A stretch of DNA of 64,000 nucleotides from Squalus acanthias (lineage: Eukaryota): assembly GCA_030390025.1 (NCBI GenBank), contig CM059432.1, positions 49,602,001 to 49,666,000 of the forward strand. Direction: 5' to 3'. The position numbers were made by a program, and so were the translations under genes. Shown one piece after another: positions 11,740-24,200 of the stretch. Within the stretch, counting starts at the first letter, position 1, and every line of letters begins with the position of its first letter. The notes below the pieces were generated by a model. The model did not search any database, was not told where the DNA came from, and saw only the letters and a list, made by a program, of their open reading frames with translations.

Positions 11740-13150
11740 ACAGCAACAACATGCATTTATATAGCATCTTTAATGTAGAAAAATATCCCCCAAAAAATCA
11801 GAGGCGTAATCCAAAAGAGGACACTGAGCAAAAGTAGGACATATTAGCTTAGGTGACTAAAAGTTTGTTCAAAGCATTGGATTTTGTAATATATGTGGGT
11901 AGAACAAATGAAGGACAGAGACAGGATGAGTTGCTAGTCAAGGTGTTTGTTTACTAGGCCAGAGTGAACTGAGCATGCTCATACCAAACCATGTGATAAA
12001 CCATGTGATAATACCTTACACTGTTTTCCCCTTAAAAAATGTATGTATTCCCCACTCAAATACAACAAAACTATGGTCCCACCTTTCCCAGCATTACATG
12101 TACCACATAACAAAAACTCAGGCTTTTTTTTTAAATGAACTACAAATTCAGTTTAACAACAGGTTTGCGGAGGCTTCCTGATCTCTTTAAACAAGGTTTT
12201 GGTGTTGAACCAATTTTCGTGCTGTTTTGTTTTGGTTCCGAACTCAAAGATGATCCTGTATCTATCTCAGATTTGTTTGAACCTATATGTTTCACTTCAA
12301 TCCACTTTGCTGACAAGTGATTCAAGATCACTGTCCAATCCGTTAAAGGTGTTTTCATCTACTCTTTTCAGTATTGAGTCTTTTGAGTCTCATCTGCAAT
12401 CTCAGTTGCATTCACAGGAAAGTCTTTGTCAACTGCACCTAGTGTGAAAATAACACCTTCACTCTCAACACGAGTCATCATGTGGCAACCCGGACAAGGC
12501 ATCTGCGATTGTGTTTTGCTTTGAAGTGCGATATTCAGTCGTGTAGTCATATTGTGACAACAACACTGCCCAACATTGCATTCCTGATGCGGCCATTGCA
12601 GGGATGGCAGATTTGGGCCCCAATATTACTAGGAGCGGTTTGTGATTGGTTATCAGGGTAAACTTTCTGCCGATCAGGAAGTGTTGGAATTTCTTGATTC
12701 CAAACACTATGGTGAGTGCTTCCTTTTCAATTTGCGTGTAGTTTCTTTCGCTCTTTGTGAGGGTTCGCGATGTGAACATAATTGGTTTCTCTTGGCCGTC
12801 ATGCATTACGTGGCTTATTACAGCTCCCACACCATAACTAGAAGCATCACACGCTAACTTAAGCTCACACTCTGTGTTGTAGTGCACAAGTAGAGCATCG
12901 CTAGAGAGACTTCTCTTACAAGCATTGTAATGCACCGAATTTCTAGCCCTACAGGTTTTAAGGAGGTTCTTATAAGAGGAGAGGGAGGTGGAGAGGCTGA
13001 AGTGTTTAGGGAAGGAATTCCATAGTGTGGGGTTTAAGAGACCCCAATTTTGAATTGAAGGGAGAAGAGGGTGCACAAGAAGCTGAAATCAGAGGAATAG
13101 AGAGTTCAGAAAGGGGAGCTGTATCACTGGAGGAAGTTACAGAGATACTC
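11740..13150 (-). mobile_element. Old L2 3' fragment split by a Gypsy insertion
   Basis: CATTTATATAGC.CTTTAA L2 3' end at about 11752; continues at 12954 (GGTTTTAAGGAG...GGAATTCCA) colinear with 5570-5790. Confidence 0.7.
11885..12953 (-). mobile_element. Internally deleted Ty3/Gypsy LTR retrotransposon (3' LTR 11885-12020, PPT, pol RNase H)
   Basis: 136-bp TGTAA...TTACA LTR; polypurine tract AAGGGGAAAACAG immediately upstream on the minus strand; ORF 12465-13076 has LACDASSYGVGAVISH, SERNYTQIEKEAL and TNHKPL; near-TSD ggattt/ggtttt. Confidence 0.85.
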
Positions 13151-13179
13151 TCCGATCAACCTCTGATCAATTTCAATTT

Positions 13180-15530
13180 CAATAGCAGCTTGCATTATTT
13201 ACTACCTTTCATGTAGAAAAAACATTCACAGACGTTTCACAGAGGTGTAATCAAAAAAAATGGATGCTAAGCCAAAGAAGGAGATATTTGGAGGGATGAA
13301 CAAAAGCTTGGTCAAAGAAGTGGGTTTTAAAGAAGGCGTTTATATAAGGATAGGGAGGTTGAGCGGTGGAGGGGTTTAGGAGGGAATTTCAGACATGGGG
13401 TCGAGCCAGCTGAACGCACAGCTGCTAATGCTGGACCGAAGGTAGGGGCGATGCACTAGCAGCCAGAGCCAGAGTTTGTGTGATTTGTAGGGCTGGAGGT
13501 GGTTTATAGAAAGTTTGTGGCAGTGGATGAAGACTTTAGTCTTCCAAATGATTATCTGGAAGAAATTGTATCTCCTCCAAGACTAGATCTTGGACAAGCA
13601 GGCTGATAGTTCATAGAAACATAGAAACATAGAAGATAGGAGCAGAGTAGGCCATTTGGCCCCTCGAGCCTGCTCCACCATTCAGTGCGATCATGGCTGA
13701 TCATCCAAACTCAGTATCCTGCCCCTGCTTTCTCCCCATATCCCTTGATCCCCTTAGCCTTAAGAAATATATCTAACTCCTTCTTGAATATATTTAATGA
13801 ATTGGACTCAACTGTCTTCTGTGGTAGAGAATTCCACAGGTTCACCACTCTCTGGGTGAAGAAATTCCTCCTCATCTCAGTCCTAAATGGCTTACCCCTT
13901 ATCCTTTGACTGTGAACCCTGGTTCTGGACTCCCCCACCATCGGGAACATCCTTCCTGCATCTAGTCTGTCTAGTCCTGTTAGAATTTTATAAGTTTCAA
14001 TGAGATCCCCTCTCATTCTTCTAAACTCTAGCGAATACAAGCCCAATCGACCCAATCTCTCTTCATACGTCATTCCTGCCATCCCAGGTATCAGTCTGGT
14101 GAATCTTCACTGCACTCCCTCCAAGGCAAGAACATCCTTCCTCAGATAAGGCGACCAAAACTGCACACAATACTCAAGGTGTGGTCTCACCAAAGCCCTG
14201 TACAACTACAGCAAGACCTCCTTGCTCCTGTACTCGAATCCTCTCGCTATGAAGGCCAACATACCATTTGCCTTCTTAACCGCCTGCTGCACCTGCATGC
14301 TTACCTTCAGCGACTGGTGCACAAGGACTCCCAGGTCTCGTTGCACTTCCCCTTTTCCCAATCTATTGCTGTTCAGAGAATAATCTGCCTTCCTGTTTTT
14401 GCCACCAAAGTGGATAACCTCGCATTTATCCACATTATGCTGCATCTGCCATGCATCTGCCCAATCACCCAACCTGTCCAAATCATACTGGAGTTTCTCT
14501 GCATCCTCCTCACAGCACACACGCCCACCCAGCTTTGTGCCGTCTGCAAACTTGGAGATATTACATCTAGTTCCCTTGTCTAGATCATTAATATATATTG
14601 TGAATAACTGGGGTCCTAGCACCAATCCCTGCGGTACCCCACTAGTCACTGCCTGCCACTCGGAAAAAGACCTGTTTATTCCAACTCTTTGCTTCCTGTC
14701 TGCCAACCAGTTTTCTATCCAAGTCAGTACCTTACCTCCAATCCCATGTGCTTTAACTTTGCATGCTAATCTCTTATGCGGGACCTTATTGAAAGCCTTC
14801 TGAAAGTCCAAATACACCACATCCACTGGTTCTCCCTTATCTATTCTACCAGTTACATCTTCAAAAATTAGTCAAGATTAGTAGATTAGTCAAGCATGAT
14901 TTACCTTTTGTAAATCCATGTTGACTTTGTCCGATCCTGTCACTATTTTCCAAGTGCTCTGCTATTGCATCTTTTATAGAGGACTCTAGCATTTTCCCCA
15001 CTACCGATGTCAGGTCAGATGCCATGGAGCAGTTGAGAGAGGTAGTGTGGAGGTAGAGCTGGGTGTCACCAGCCATCCCTATATCTGCAGATGATGTCAC
15101 AAAGGGGAAGTAAATAGATGTATGTAGATGTAGAAGAGGTGACCAGGGATTTTGTTTTGGGGGACTTCTTAGATACTGTGCAGGGGTGGGAAGAGAAACC
15201 ATTGCTAGAGAGGCTCTGGCTATGATTGGATAGGTAAGATTGCAACCAAGTGAAGGCAGTTCCACAGAGTTGGTGAGGTGTTGGAGGAGGTTGGTGCAGT
15301 CGACTTTGTCAAAGGCAGCAGAGAGGACAAATAGAACAAGGAAGTATAATAAACCACACTCACAGTCACAGACAACGTTGTTCAAGATTTTGGCTAGGAT
15401 CATTTTGGTGCTATGGGAGGGGAAATATGTTCAAAAGGCTCGAAACAGGGAGTTGCAAGAGAGATGGGCATGTATTTGGGAGGTGATGACACATTCAAAC
15501 ACTTTGGCAAGGAAAGGTAGTTTGCAATGA
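13180..15530 (-). mobile_element. Degenerate L2 LINE hosting a CR1 insertion
   Basis: L2 3' end at 13185-13610; RT motif LSAAFDKVD in ORF 14861-15403. Confidence 0.65.
13612..15015 (-). mobile_element. CR1 LINE, 5'-truncated RT to 3' end
   Basis: ORFs 14206-14826 (DFQKAFNKVPH, SGVPQG, KFADG) and 13711-14082; (TTTCTATG)n tail. Confidence 0.92.
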
Positions 15531-16384
15531 CTCAGGAAACGAGGTCCATATTGTGTGCCCACGTGCCAAAGAGGCTAAAGATTGTGGCTGGCTGGAGGGG
15601 GAAGTGGGTGGGGGGGAACAATCCCCCAGAGGGCCCTTTATAAAGAATAGTAAAAATGCTTACTTGTTCTTCAGTGGTCCAGGACACAATCCCAGCTAGG
15701 ATCCGCAGTTGGGGCTAACTACTGTTTGGTGGTCTGGTACACATGATCTGATACTGGGATCCTCTGTGAGCCTAGGATATGGGAACTCCTGGTGTTGTGA
15801 GCTTCCAGCTCCACCCTTCCTCCCCCCCTCCTTTATACCTCTGGCTTGTAACTGGTGGGCAGAAACGTCTCTCCTTACAAGGTCCATGGAATTCCCGACA
15901 GAAGGTTGGAACCCAACATATCCAGGTGCCAGCCTAATTTCTGGACCTTCCAATGCTGGAGTTATGTTAGGAGTGTGCAGGAATAGGCACAGATTTTCAG
16001 CCTATGTATCTGTAAGTGATCCTTTCCAAGTAGGTGACAACCTTGCTTGGCTTTAATGTGCATTTGCAATGGGTGGGTTTAGCAGTAGGTGGGAAAATGA
16101 GAAATCGTGCATTGCCTCATTAAGCCTGGAATTGCATAAACTTTGCCTGCCTAATGAAGCCTGTCTGTGCAAGATAGAACACTGCCAGTAGACAGCCAAG
16201 TCCAAAGTCTTGCATGCATTGCAAAGTGAGTGGGTGGAGCCAGTAAGTTTTTGATTTCACTATTTTCTAGTATCACTTGTCTGGTTCCCACTAGTGAGAT
16301 CACTATTGCCAGCAGGAATTTCTACCATCATGCTTCATTGGCTTTGTGAGAGGAAGTTCCATCAGTGGCGCAGTTGTAAAACAT

Positions 16385-16645
16385 GACGCTCAATAAGGTT
16401 CTGTGCTGAGTTAGCTGATCTTAGCTGAGGAAGTTGTAGTTTTCCTCAGTGGCCCTGGGCTGGGATGAGGAAAAAAATCAGCTAGGGTACCCATTCCTGA
16501 TTGCTATGACATTACTCCTGCTGGAAAGTATGTGTGTGTTGTCAGATAAGGCTCAGCTGTGATATTCCCACAGTTGAATAGTCTGCAAACACTCACTGTC
16601 TAAGTTCACACATGAAAATGATCACTTGGCTGAGATATCAGCATG
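16385..16645 (+). mobile_element. Degenerate SINE-like repeat
   Basis: TCTGTGCTGAGTTAGCTGATCT...AAAATCAGC.AGGG...ACACTCACTGTCTA.G.TCACAC resembles a SINE body I recall from shark genomes; not verified by search. Confidence 0.45.
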
Positions 16646-17319
16646 AATCAGCATTTGTGGAGAAGAGAGGAAGAGAGGTTTTTAAGAGCGAGGGTAAACA
16701 GTCCGTCAAGTGATCAGCCCATTCTGCTCTTCTGATTAGTATCAGAATCTAATGTCGGAAGAAGGAGAAAATATGAAGGAAAATGGTTAAATTCAGGTCT
16801 TTTGTGATGAAGGAACCCTTCATATGTCGTTGAAAATTGTAGGTATGCATGAGTATCACAGTGAAAGCTGGAGAGTCATTTTGTCTTTAAGTATAAAAGC
16901 AAGTTATGGAGCTATTAATAGAAAACCAATTTATTATAATTGCCATGTTCTAGATGTTGCTGTGGGTGGGCATTCCTGTCAATATCACAGCTTTTTGACT
17001 GCTAACAATAAACCTATTATTTTAACGTTAAACTAATTTATAGGAGACAGTCTGGTGCCTTAAAGGTAGGTCCAGTGTCAAACTATGGACCAAATAATAA
17101 ACATTGTATTTAACCTCTCCTGTAATGAGTCAGTCTAAAGTCAATAGAAAGACTGAGTGAATCTGGCTCTGTGGTAGCATTTTGCCCTGTAAAAAGCGAG
17201 TTAACACAGGAGAAGAGCCCATGATGTTTTGACACTTCAAGGAGGATACTAAAGTTTATAACCTACTGTGAATTTACTGTTTGTACTTAGTGCAGTTCAT
17301 GAACTGATTCCTTGGGGTC

Positions 17320-18745
17320 AACTAATTGGACAAGTTAGGCAAATTCTCAACGGTTTGGCAAAATTGGACATGAAACTAAGAATCGCTGAACTCCAATCGC
17401 CCTCGGTGGCTACAACGCCGCCAAAGTGTAGTAAGGCAGGCATCCGCTCATCCCATTTCTTCTCTAGTGACCTGGGCTATTTCCCGGAATCAAACAATCT
17501 GAATTTTGTGGGCTGGCTCCCAGCAGGGGTGCCACCAGTGATTCAGTGTTTGCACGTGGGGGGTGCAAAAAGATGGGTTGCTGCAGGATGTAAAGTTCTG
17601 CAGCAGCTTAAAGGGCCAGGCAAAGGTCAGAAGACTTTTTTTATCAGCAGTAAACATAAACGTTGGAAAATAATGACAGAATGGCCACCTTGTAAGCCGC
17701 ACACGGCCAATTTCTCAGATGAGGACCTGGAGTCCTGTGGCAGAGGAAGGATGGCCTGTTTGGGGTGAGGGAGAGGAGGCCATCTCAAGCTGATCTCCAG
17801 GGTAGGGAGATGGCATTGGCTATACAATTGCAGAAGAAACTGAAAAGGTAACAGCAGTAACCTGCAGCTTCCAAGAGTACACTGTACTGCTATTTGTGTC
17901 AGTTGCTCACACCTTATCCTCACTGTGTTCAAGAGCTGCAACAGATGACTAATAGCACGCAGCATATCGTGGGCACCCTGACACCTCAAGCTGTCACCTC
18001 AAAATGGATCTTCTTTCAAAGCATTTAATGTGTGTTCTCCCTTGAAAGCCTCACCCAGCATATAATGAAGTTTCCTTCCAGCATTTGGCATCATCGTTTA
18101 ATCCTTAGCCTGCTGACACCTGGGTTGCACTGCATATCCTGTTTTGTATTCTCTTTGCATTCTTGATACAGTAGAATACCACCCTGGGAGTCATTCTATT
18201 GAGGTGGGCCACCAGTTTTTGACCTCCTCCCCCCCCCTTGAGGGGGAAACTCTTCAACTTCTGAGGAGGCCCACACTGGAGGGAGTCAATGGCAGAGAAG
18301 TGGGAGGATATGTGACAGCTGAAGGTTCTCCTTGATATTCTGTGGCAGTTTCATCTAATGCTTCACGAGCATGTAACCGCAAATATGCAAGGGATCTCTG
18401 CTTGTCTGACACCCATTCTAATCTCTCTTCCTCGTCTTGTCCTCTTGATGAAATACAGCAAATGAAACAAAGGAGGAGGATGAGGAGGAAGGTTAGCCAG
18501 GCCCCTTTGCTTCAGACCATGTCAGCACATCATCACCAATGCTGTACTTTATCCTCTCCCTGCCAGGCAGCAGCCCAGAGACAACCACCTAGGGTAGATA
18601 GTGAGTATGCGGAGATCACTCTAGGTGAAGCATGGTGCACGATTGTGCAGGAGGAATGGGCAGTGAAAGATGAGGAGCTTGACAATCCTGAGCAGAGGGT
18701 CAGGAGAAGTCAGCTCTTGGCTGAAGAGTCTGCAGACACATGACT
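17320..18745 (+). mobile_element. Highly degenerate Harbinger (Myb/SANT-side) remnant
   Basis: HTANFSDEDLES at about 17700 resembles Myb exon 1; 18460-18740 resembles exon 3 (acidic run, RVRRSQLLAEESADT). Confidence 0.45.
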
Positions 18746-18749
18746 TTTT

Positions 18750-19870
18750 TTAAATGAAGAATGCTGCAGTGCCTAGAACTGAACCCAATACTCCAGATGC
18801 AGTCTAACCAGAACTTTATACAACTATAGTATAACTTCCATCCCTTTGTATTCCAGCCCCCTTGAGATAAAGGCTAACATTCCAGTAGCCTTTTAAATTA
18901 TTGGCCCAAAAATTCGGCCCTTCCCGCGTGAGTACACAGTGCGTACTCACCCGTATTGCTTCCCGAAGTGCCGGTTTCCTGCATGCACTGCGCATGCGCG
19001 GGAAACCGGAACTTCCGGTATGGTGAAGGGGGCGGTTCCTCGGTGAACCGCGTGCGCGCTAGAGGCTGCGCGCACGCAGCACACTTAGATTTTTTTTCAG
19101 GTTTCTACGCGAGGGTAAGTATTGAAGATACTACGCTAATAAAAAGGAGGCGTAAGACCCCTTTTGAACAAGGTAAGTGGTAATTAAGTATAATTTTAAA
19201 TTTTTTTCAACAGGTTTATCTTTTTTAGATACTTTAAAGAAAGGTAAGTTTATTTTTATAACTTTTAAAAAGTATTTTAATTTTTTCAAAAATTTAAATT
19301 TTTGTTTAAAGTGGTTAATTTATTTAACTATAGTTATTTTATAAATGTGATGGTTTTTTTCTTAAATTTATTTTAAGTTTAGCTGTTCTTTTGGGGCCGA
19401 TTTCAATTCACAGATTTGACAGGTCTCCTGTCAAATCTATGAATGAAAGATGGTCTGCTGCCATTGGCTCTCCATGGCCCACGTGATCCCAGGGGTCGCA
19501 TCGCACTAACTGCGCCCCTGGAACACGTAAGCACTGCGCGCCGGCAGTTGGGAGAGGCCCAGGACCCGAAGTTCCCGTGGGCCCAAAACACAACGGCAGG
19601 CGCGGTAGGTAAGAGTGCGTGCGATCCTTACCCCCGCGGCAAGCCGGACACGCGAATTTCTGGGCCATTGTTTTGTACCTGTCCACTGGCTTTTACTGAT
19701 TTCTGTACATGGACCCTTAAATCTCTGCTCCTCTACAGTTCCTAGCTTCTCACATTTAGAAAATATTCTGATCTATCTTTCTTAGGTCTAAAGTGGATGA
19801 CCTCACACTTCCCCACATTGAACACCTTCTGCCACAGTTTTGCCCACTCACTTAATATATCACTGTCACT
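18750..19870 (-). mobile_element. CR1 RT fragment split by a MITE
   Basis: CCCAATACTCCAG...AGGCTAACATTCC before, and CCTCACACTTCCCCACATTGAA after, the MITE. Confidence 0.7.
18903..19666. mobile_element. Harbinger-type MITE (hairpin family)
   Basis: TIRs GGCCCAAAAATTCG / CGAATTTCTGGGCC; TSD att; homologous to 27710 and 59558. Confidence 0.9.
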
Positions 19871-20962
19871 AATGGATAGAGAGGAATGGGTCAAGGACCA
19901 CCAGACTATAAACCGCTAAACCAATATGACCAAGCTATTGTTGGGCTGTTCAGGAGGGATAACTTGGAAATGAGAGCTTTATGAAAGTTTGAGGACAGCG
20001 CAGAGCTCATGATAGAAGAGGAGAGGAAGAAAGCTTTGTAGGAGTGAGGGTAAACTGTCCCTGGGAAGACAAGGATAGTGGAAATCTGAAACTCTCTCTT
20101 CCAAAAAGCTGTGGATGCTGGGTCAATTGACATTTTCCTTTGTGCAATTTTTGATCATTAACCAATTTGACTGAGGGCGCTACTGATAATTCCACTTCTG
20201 TTTAATGTTACACTGTGAAATGTTTCTTTATTTGATCTATTTTATTGCACAGTAGATGCAACTTTAGCTGTCCTTGGGGTAATCTGTTTGATTTTTCTGT
20301 GATCTTTCCAGATAATGGCATAGAAATGAAATGTATCGAGTAGTTCTGTTGACGTCCCTGTCCATAGAGTGCAGTTAGTTTTGGGATATTAAATGAATCC
20401 AAGGGTGTAATTTAATACTGATGATTAACGACCCACTTTGTACAGCAGGGTCTACTGTTTCGGATAACACCAGACTAATTAGTACTTGATTCAGACTAAA
20501 ATAGCAGAGACTTTAAACACCCTGGAGTCAGGAAAGGTAAAGAGCAGGACAATCTTCTAAGGTTGAGAGATTAAATTGATGAGCTTCAGAAAAGTTGGTC
20601 CTTGGAGTTTTGCACTTCCACTTTTAATTGAGACATGCAAAGCTCATCCAGTTGTATGTTGAGAAAGTACTGAGGTATTTTCAGTAATATAAGTTGAACA
20701 GCTTTTGTTAGCTTTTCATGTTGTTTATGCAAAATAAATCAATTCTAATTTCAAGCTGTGCTGAAAGTAAATATCTATCTTATTAATATATCTTTATATA
20801 AATTGAATTCACAGTTACAATTACATTTGTAGATGGGAATATTTAAGAAGCATAAATTCATTCAATTAACATACACTATGAGACACTAAAGGGTGGAAGG
20901 GTGAGCCCTAAAGGTAGCAACTCGACATAGCAAACAGCAACAGCCAGAAGGGTGGTTTTACT

Positions 20963-21275
20963 AACATAAAATAAAAACAGAAAATGCTGGAAATACTCAG
21001 CAGGTCAGGCAGCATCTGTAGAGAGAGAAACAGAGTTAACGTTTCAGGTCAATGACCCTTCGTCAGAACTGGAAAAAAGAGATGTAACAGGTTTTTAAGC
21101 AAGTGTGGGGGCAGGGAAAGGGGGGAGGGGAGGAAAGAACAAAAGGGAAGGTCTGTGAGAGAATGGAAGGCAGGAGAGATTAAAAGACAAAGGGGATGAT
21201 GGTGCAAGACAAAAGGAGATGGTAATGGGACAAGTTAAGAAACAAAAGATGACTCTAGATGAAGTGTAAATGACA
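20963..21275 (-). mobile_element. Penelope-like element terminal fragment
   Basis: AAAACAGAAAATGCTGGAAATACTCAGCAGGTCAGGCAGCATC terminus plus purine-rich tract; embedded minimal hammerhead, as established for Penelope-like termini. Confidence 0.7.
21034..21070 (-). ncRNA. Minimal type I hammerhead ribozyme
   Basis: Minus strand AGTT-CTGACGA-AGGGTCATTGACCT-GAAACGTT-AACT: core boxes, stem II GGTC/GACC, stem I AGTT/AACT, palindromic ACGT stem III. Confidence 0.75.
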
Positions 21276-21279
21276 TAAA

Positions 21280-24200
21280 GTTTAGTTAGTTTTGGGATAT
21301 TAAATGAACCCAATTTAATACTGATGGTTGGCGAATATTACCGTTGTCTTTTTCTCTCTAAGTTAGGGCAGGGGGTTAAACTAAGAAGTTTAGTTAGTCG
21401 TATAATAAATAGAGGCATGGCGGAGCACCTCAGTCCCGGTGAATGCACGAATGCACATCCTGTGCCATGTGGGAACTCCCGGACGCTTCTCGTGTCCTGG
21501 ACAACCACACGTGCAGGAAGTGTCGTCAGCTCGAGGAACTGGCGTCACTGCAGTGCATCCGCAAGGCTGAGAGCTACATGGATACCACGTTTCAGGAGGT
21601 GGTCACCCCACAGTGTAAGATTGTGCAGCAGAGAGGGAATGGGTGACCGCCAGACAGACAAGGAGGACCAGGCAGGTAGTGCAGGAGCCCCCTGAGTGCA
21701 TCTCATTCTCTAACCTGTATTCTGAATACTGGTGAGGGCGATGGTTCCTCTGGGGAGTTCAGCCAGAGCCAAGTCCACGGCACCATGGGTGGCTCAGCTG
21801 TCGGTGGTGGGGGGGTGGGGGGGCGGGTGGTGGGGATGAGGGTGGGTGGGGGGGGTTGGGGGGAAGAGGAAGATCAGGAAAGCAATAGTGATAGGGGATT
21901 CAATAGTTCGGGGAACAGACAGGCGTTTCTGCGGCTGCAGACGTGACTCCAGGATGGCATGTTGCCTCCCTGGTGCCAGGGTCAAAGATGTCACTGAGCG
22001 GTTGCAGGACATTCTGAAGGGGAGGGGTGAACAGGCAGAAGTCATGGTCCATATTGGTACCAATGACATGCGTAGCAAGAGGGATGAGGTCCTGCAGGCA
22101 GAATTTAGGGATCTAGGAAAAAGGTTAGTAAGCAGGATCTCAAAAGGTAGTAATCTCCGGATTACTCCTGGTGCCATGCGCGAGTGAGTACAGAAATAGG
22201 AGGATAGAGCAGATGAATGCGTGGCTGGAGAGATGGTGCAGGAGGGAGGGCTTTAGATTCCTGAGACACTGGGACCGGTTTTGGGGGAGGTGAGACCTGT
22301 ACAAACCGGACGGGTTACACCTCAACAGAGCTGGGACCAATATCCTCGTGGGGAGGTTTGCTAGTACTGTTGGGAGGGTTTAAACTAGCTTGGCAGGGGA
22401 ATGGGAGCCTGAGCGTAGATTTAGAAGGGAGAGAAGCAAAGCTGGAAATGGATGGTAGAAAATTAGTAAGCGAGATTGGAAGGCAGAGGAAACAAAAGCT
22501 AGAAAATAGGCAACAAAGGGGTTCGACAGTGCTTAATGGTATATACTTCAATGTAAGGAGTCTAGGGAATAAGGCAGATGAGCTGAGGGCACAGATAGAC
22601 ATGTGGAAGTATGATATTATAGCTATTATTGAAAAATGGCTGAAAGAAGGGCAGGAATGGCAGCTCAACATTCCTGGTTACAGGGTTTTCAGACGCGATA
22701 GAGAGTGGGATAAAAAGGGAGGGGGGGTCGCAATATTGGTTAAAGAAACAATTACAGCTGTGAGGAAGGATGTTATGTTAGAAGGATCATCAAATGAGGC
22801 CATATGGGTTGAACTGAAGAACAAAAAAGGGGCAATCACAATGTTGGGAGTGTACAACAGTCAGAGGGAGATAGAAGAGCAAATATGAAGGCAAATTTCT
22901 GAGAAGTGCAAAAACAATAGGGCAGTAATAGTACACTAATATTAACAGGGATAAAATTAGTGTAAAAGATATAGAGGGTGCAGAATTCTTAAAATGCATT
23001 CAGGTGAACTTTTTAGCCAGTACGTAGCAAGCCCAACAAGAGAAGGAGCGGTTCTGGACTTCGTTTTAGGGAATGAAGCTGGGTAGGTGGAAGGGGTATC
23101 AGTGGTAGTGATTATAATTCAGTTAGATTTAGCGAAGTTATGGAAAATGACAAAGATAGACCAGGAATAAAGGGGGAGAAATTCGGTTGGTTAGCGCCTC
23201 CCGTTAGTGCCTGGGGGGGTGGGGGGGGGTGCTAACGGGGCGCTAAGGGGTTAGCGACCGGGCACGGCGAATGCAGTGACGCCCGCGAACTTCAGTGCCA
23301 GTTTAGTGCTGGCGCTAACTCTTACCGCTTGGGCCTCTAGCGCCTCGCAGATCGTGATGTCATAAAGTGCGCAGCGCCCCGTTATCGCCCGGATGTGAAA
23401 TTGCCTCCGCCCCCTGCTGTATCGCCGGGCGTGAACAATGGCAGGAAGAGGAGGCGGTGTCAACTCAGCTGGCCACTTGGGGTGCGCTAATTAAAGGGAG
23501 TGGTTTTCAGGTAGGCCAACCTTTATTATTTGCACCAGTCAGGTGCCTGCTCAAAGTTTTTGATGTTTCATTGCTGCAAGATGTCCAAGCCCTCCACTTT
23601 GTGAGAGTGTTTGGGGCTGTAATGGCAGTCACGCAGGTTGCCTTGCAACGCAGACCTGCCGATAAGTAGGTCGTGCACCATCATTGGCCCTTCCCTTTAA
23701 GCGAGGGAAGCAGCCTCTGATGCCGTTAGCGATGCGCTCCAAATTGTTCGGCGCTCTGTCGCTACCGCCCCACTCTCGGACTTTAGCGCCCTAAGAGAAG
23801 TGAAGTGGTTAGTGCTTGATTTAGCGCTCCACTTCCCTCTTGGAGCGCTAAAGCTGAATTTCCCGGCAGGAGAGAATCATAAGCGCCTGGCGCTACTTTT
23901 TCTACTTTGCAAAAGTTAGCGCCCCTGGGGCACTACAGAATTTCTAGCCCAAAAGTTCTCAATCAGGGAAAGGCCAATTTTACTAAGCTGAGATGTGATT
24001 TAGCAAAAGTGGACTGGAAACAGCTACTTGAAGGTAAATCAGTGTCAGAGCAGTGGGAGGTGTTCAAGGAGGAGATAGTGAGGATTCAGAGCAAATATGT
24101 TCCCACAAAGGAAAAGGGTGGGACTCCCATATCTAGAGGCCCCTGGATGTCAAGGATCATACAGGGTAGGTTAAGGAAAAAAGAGAAGCTTTTGTCAGAT

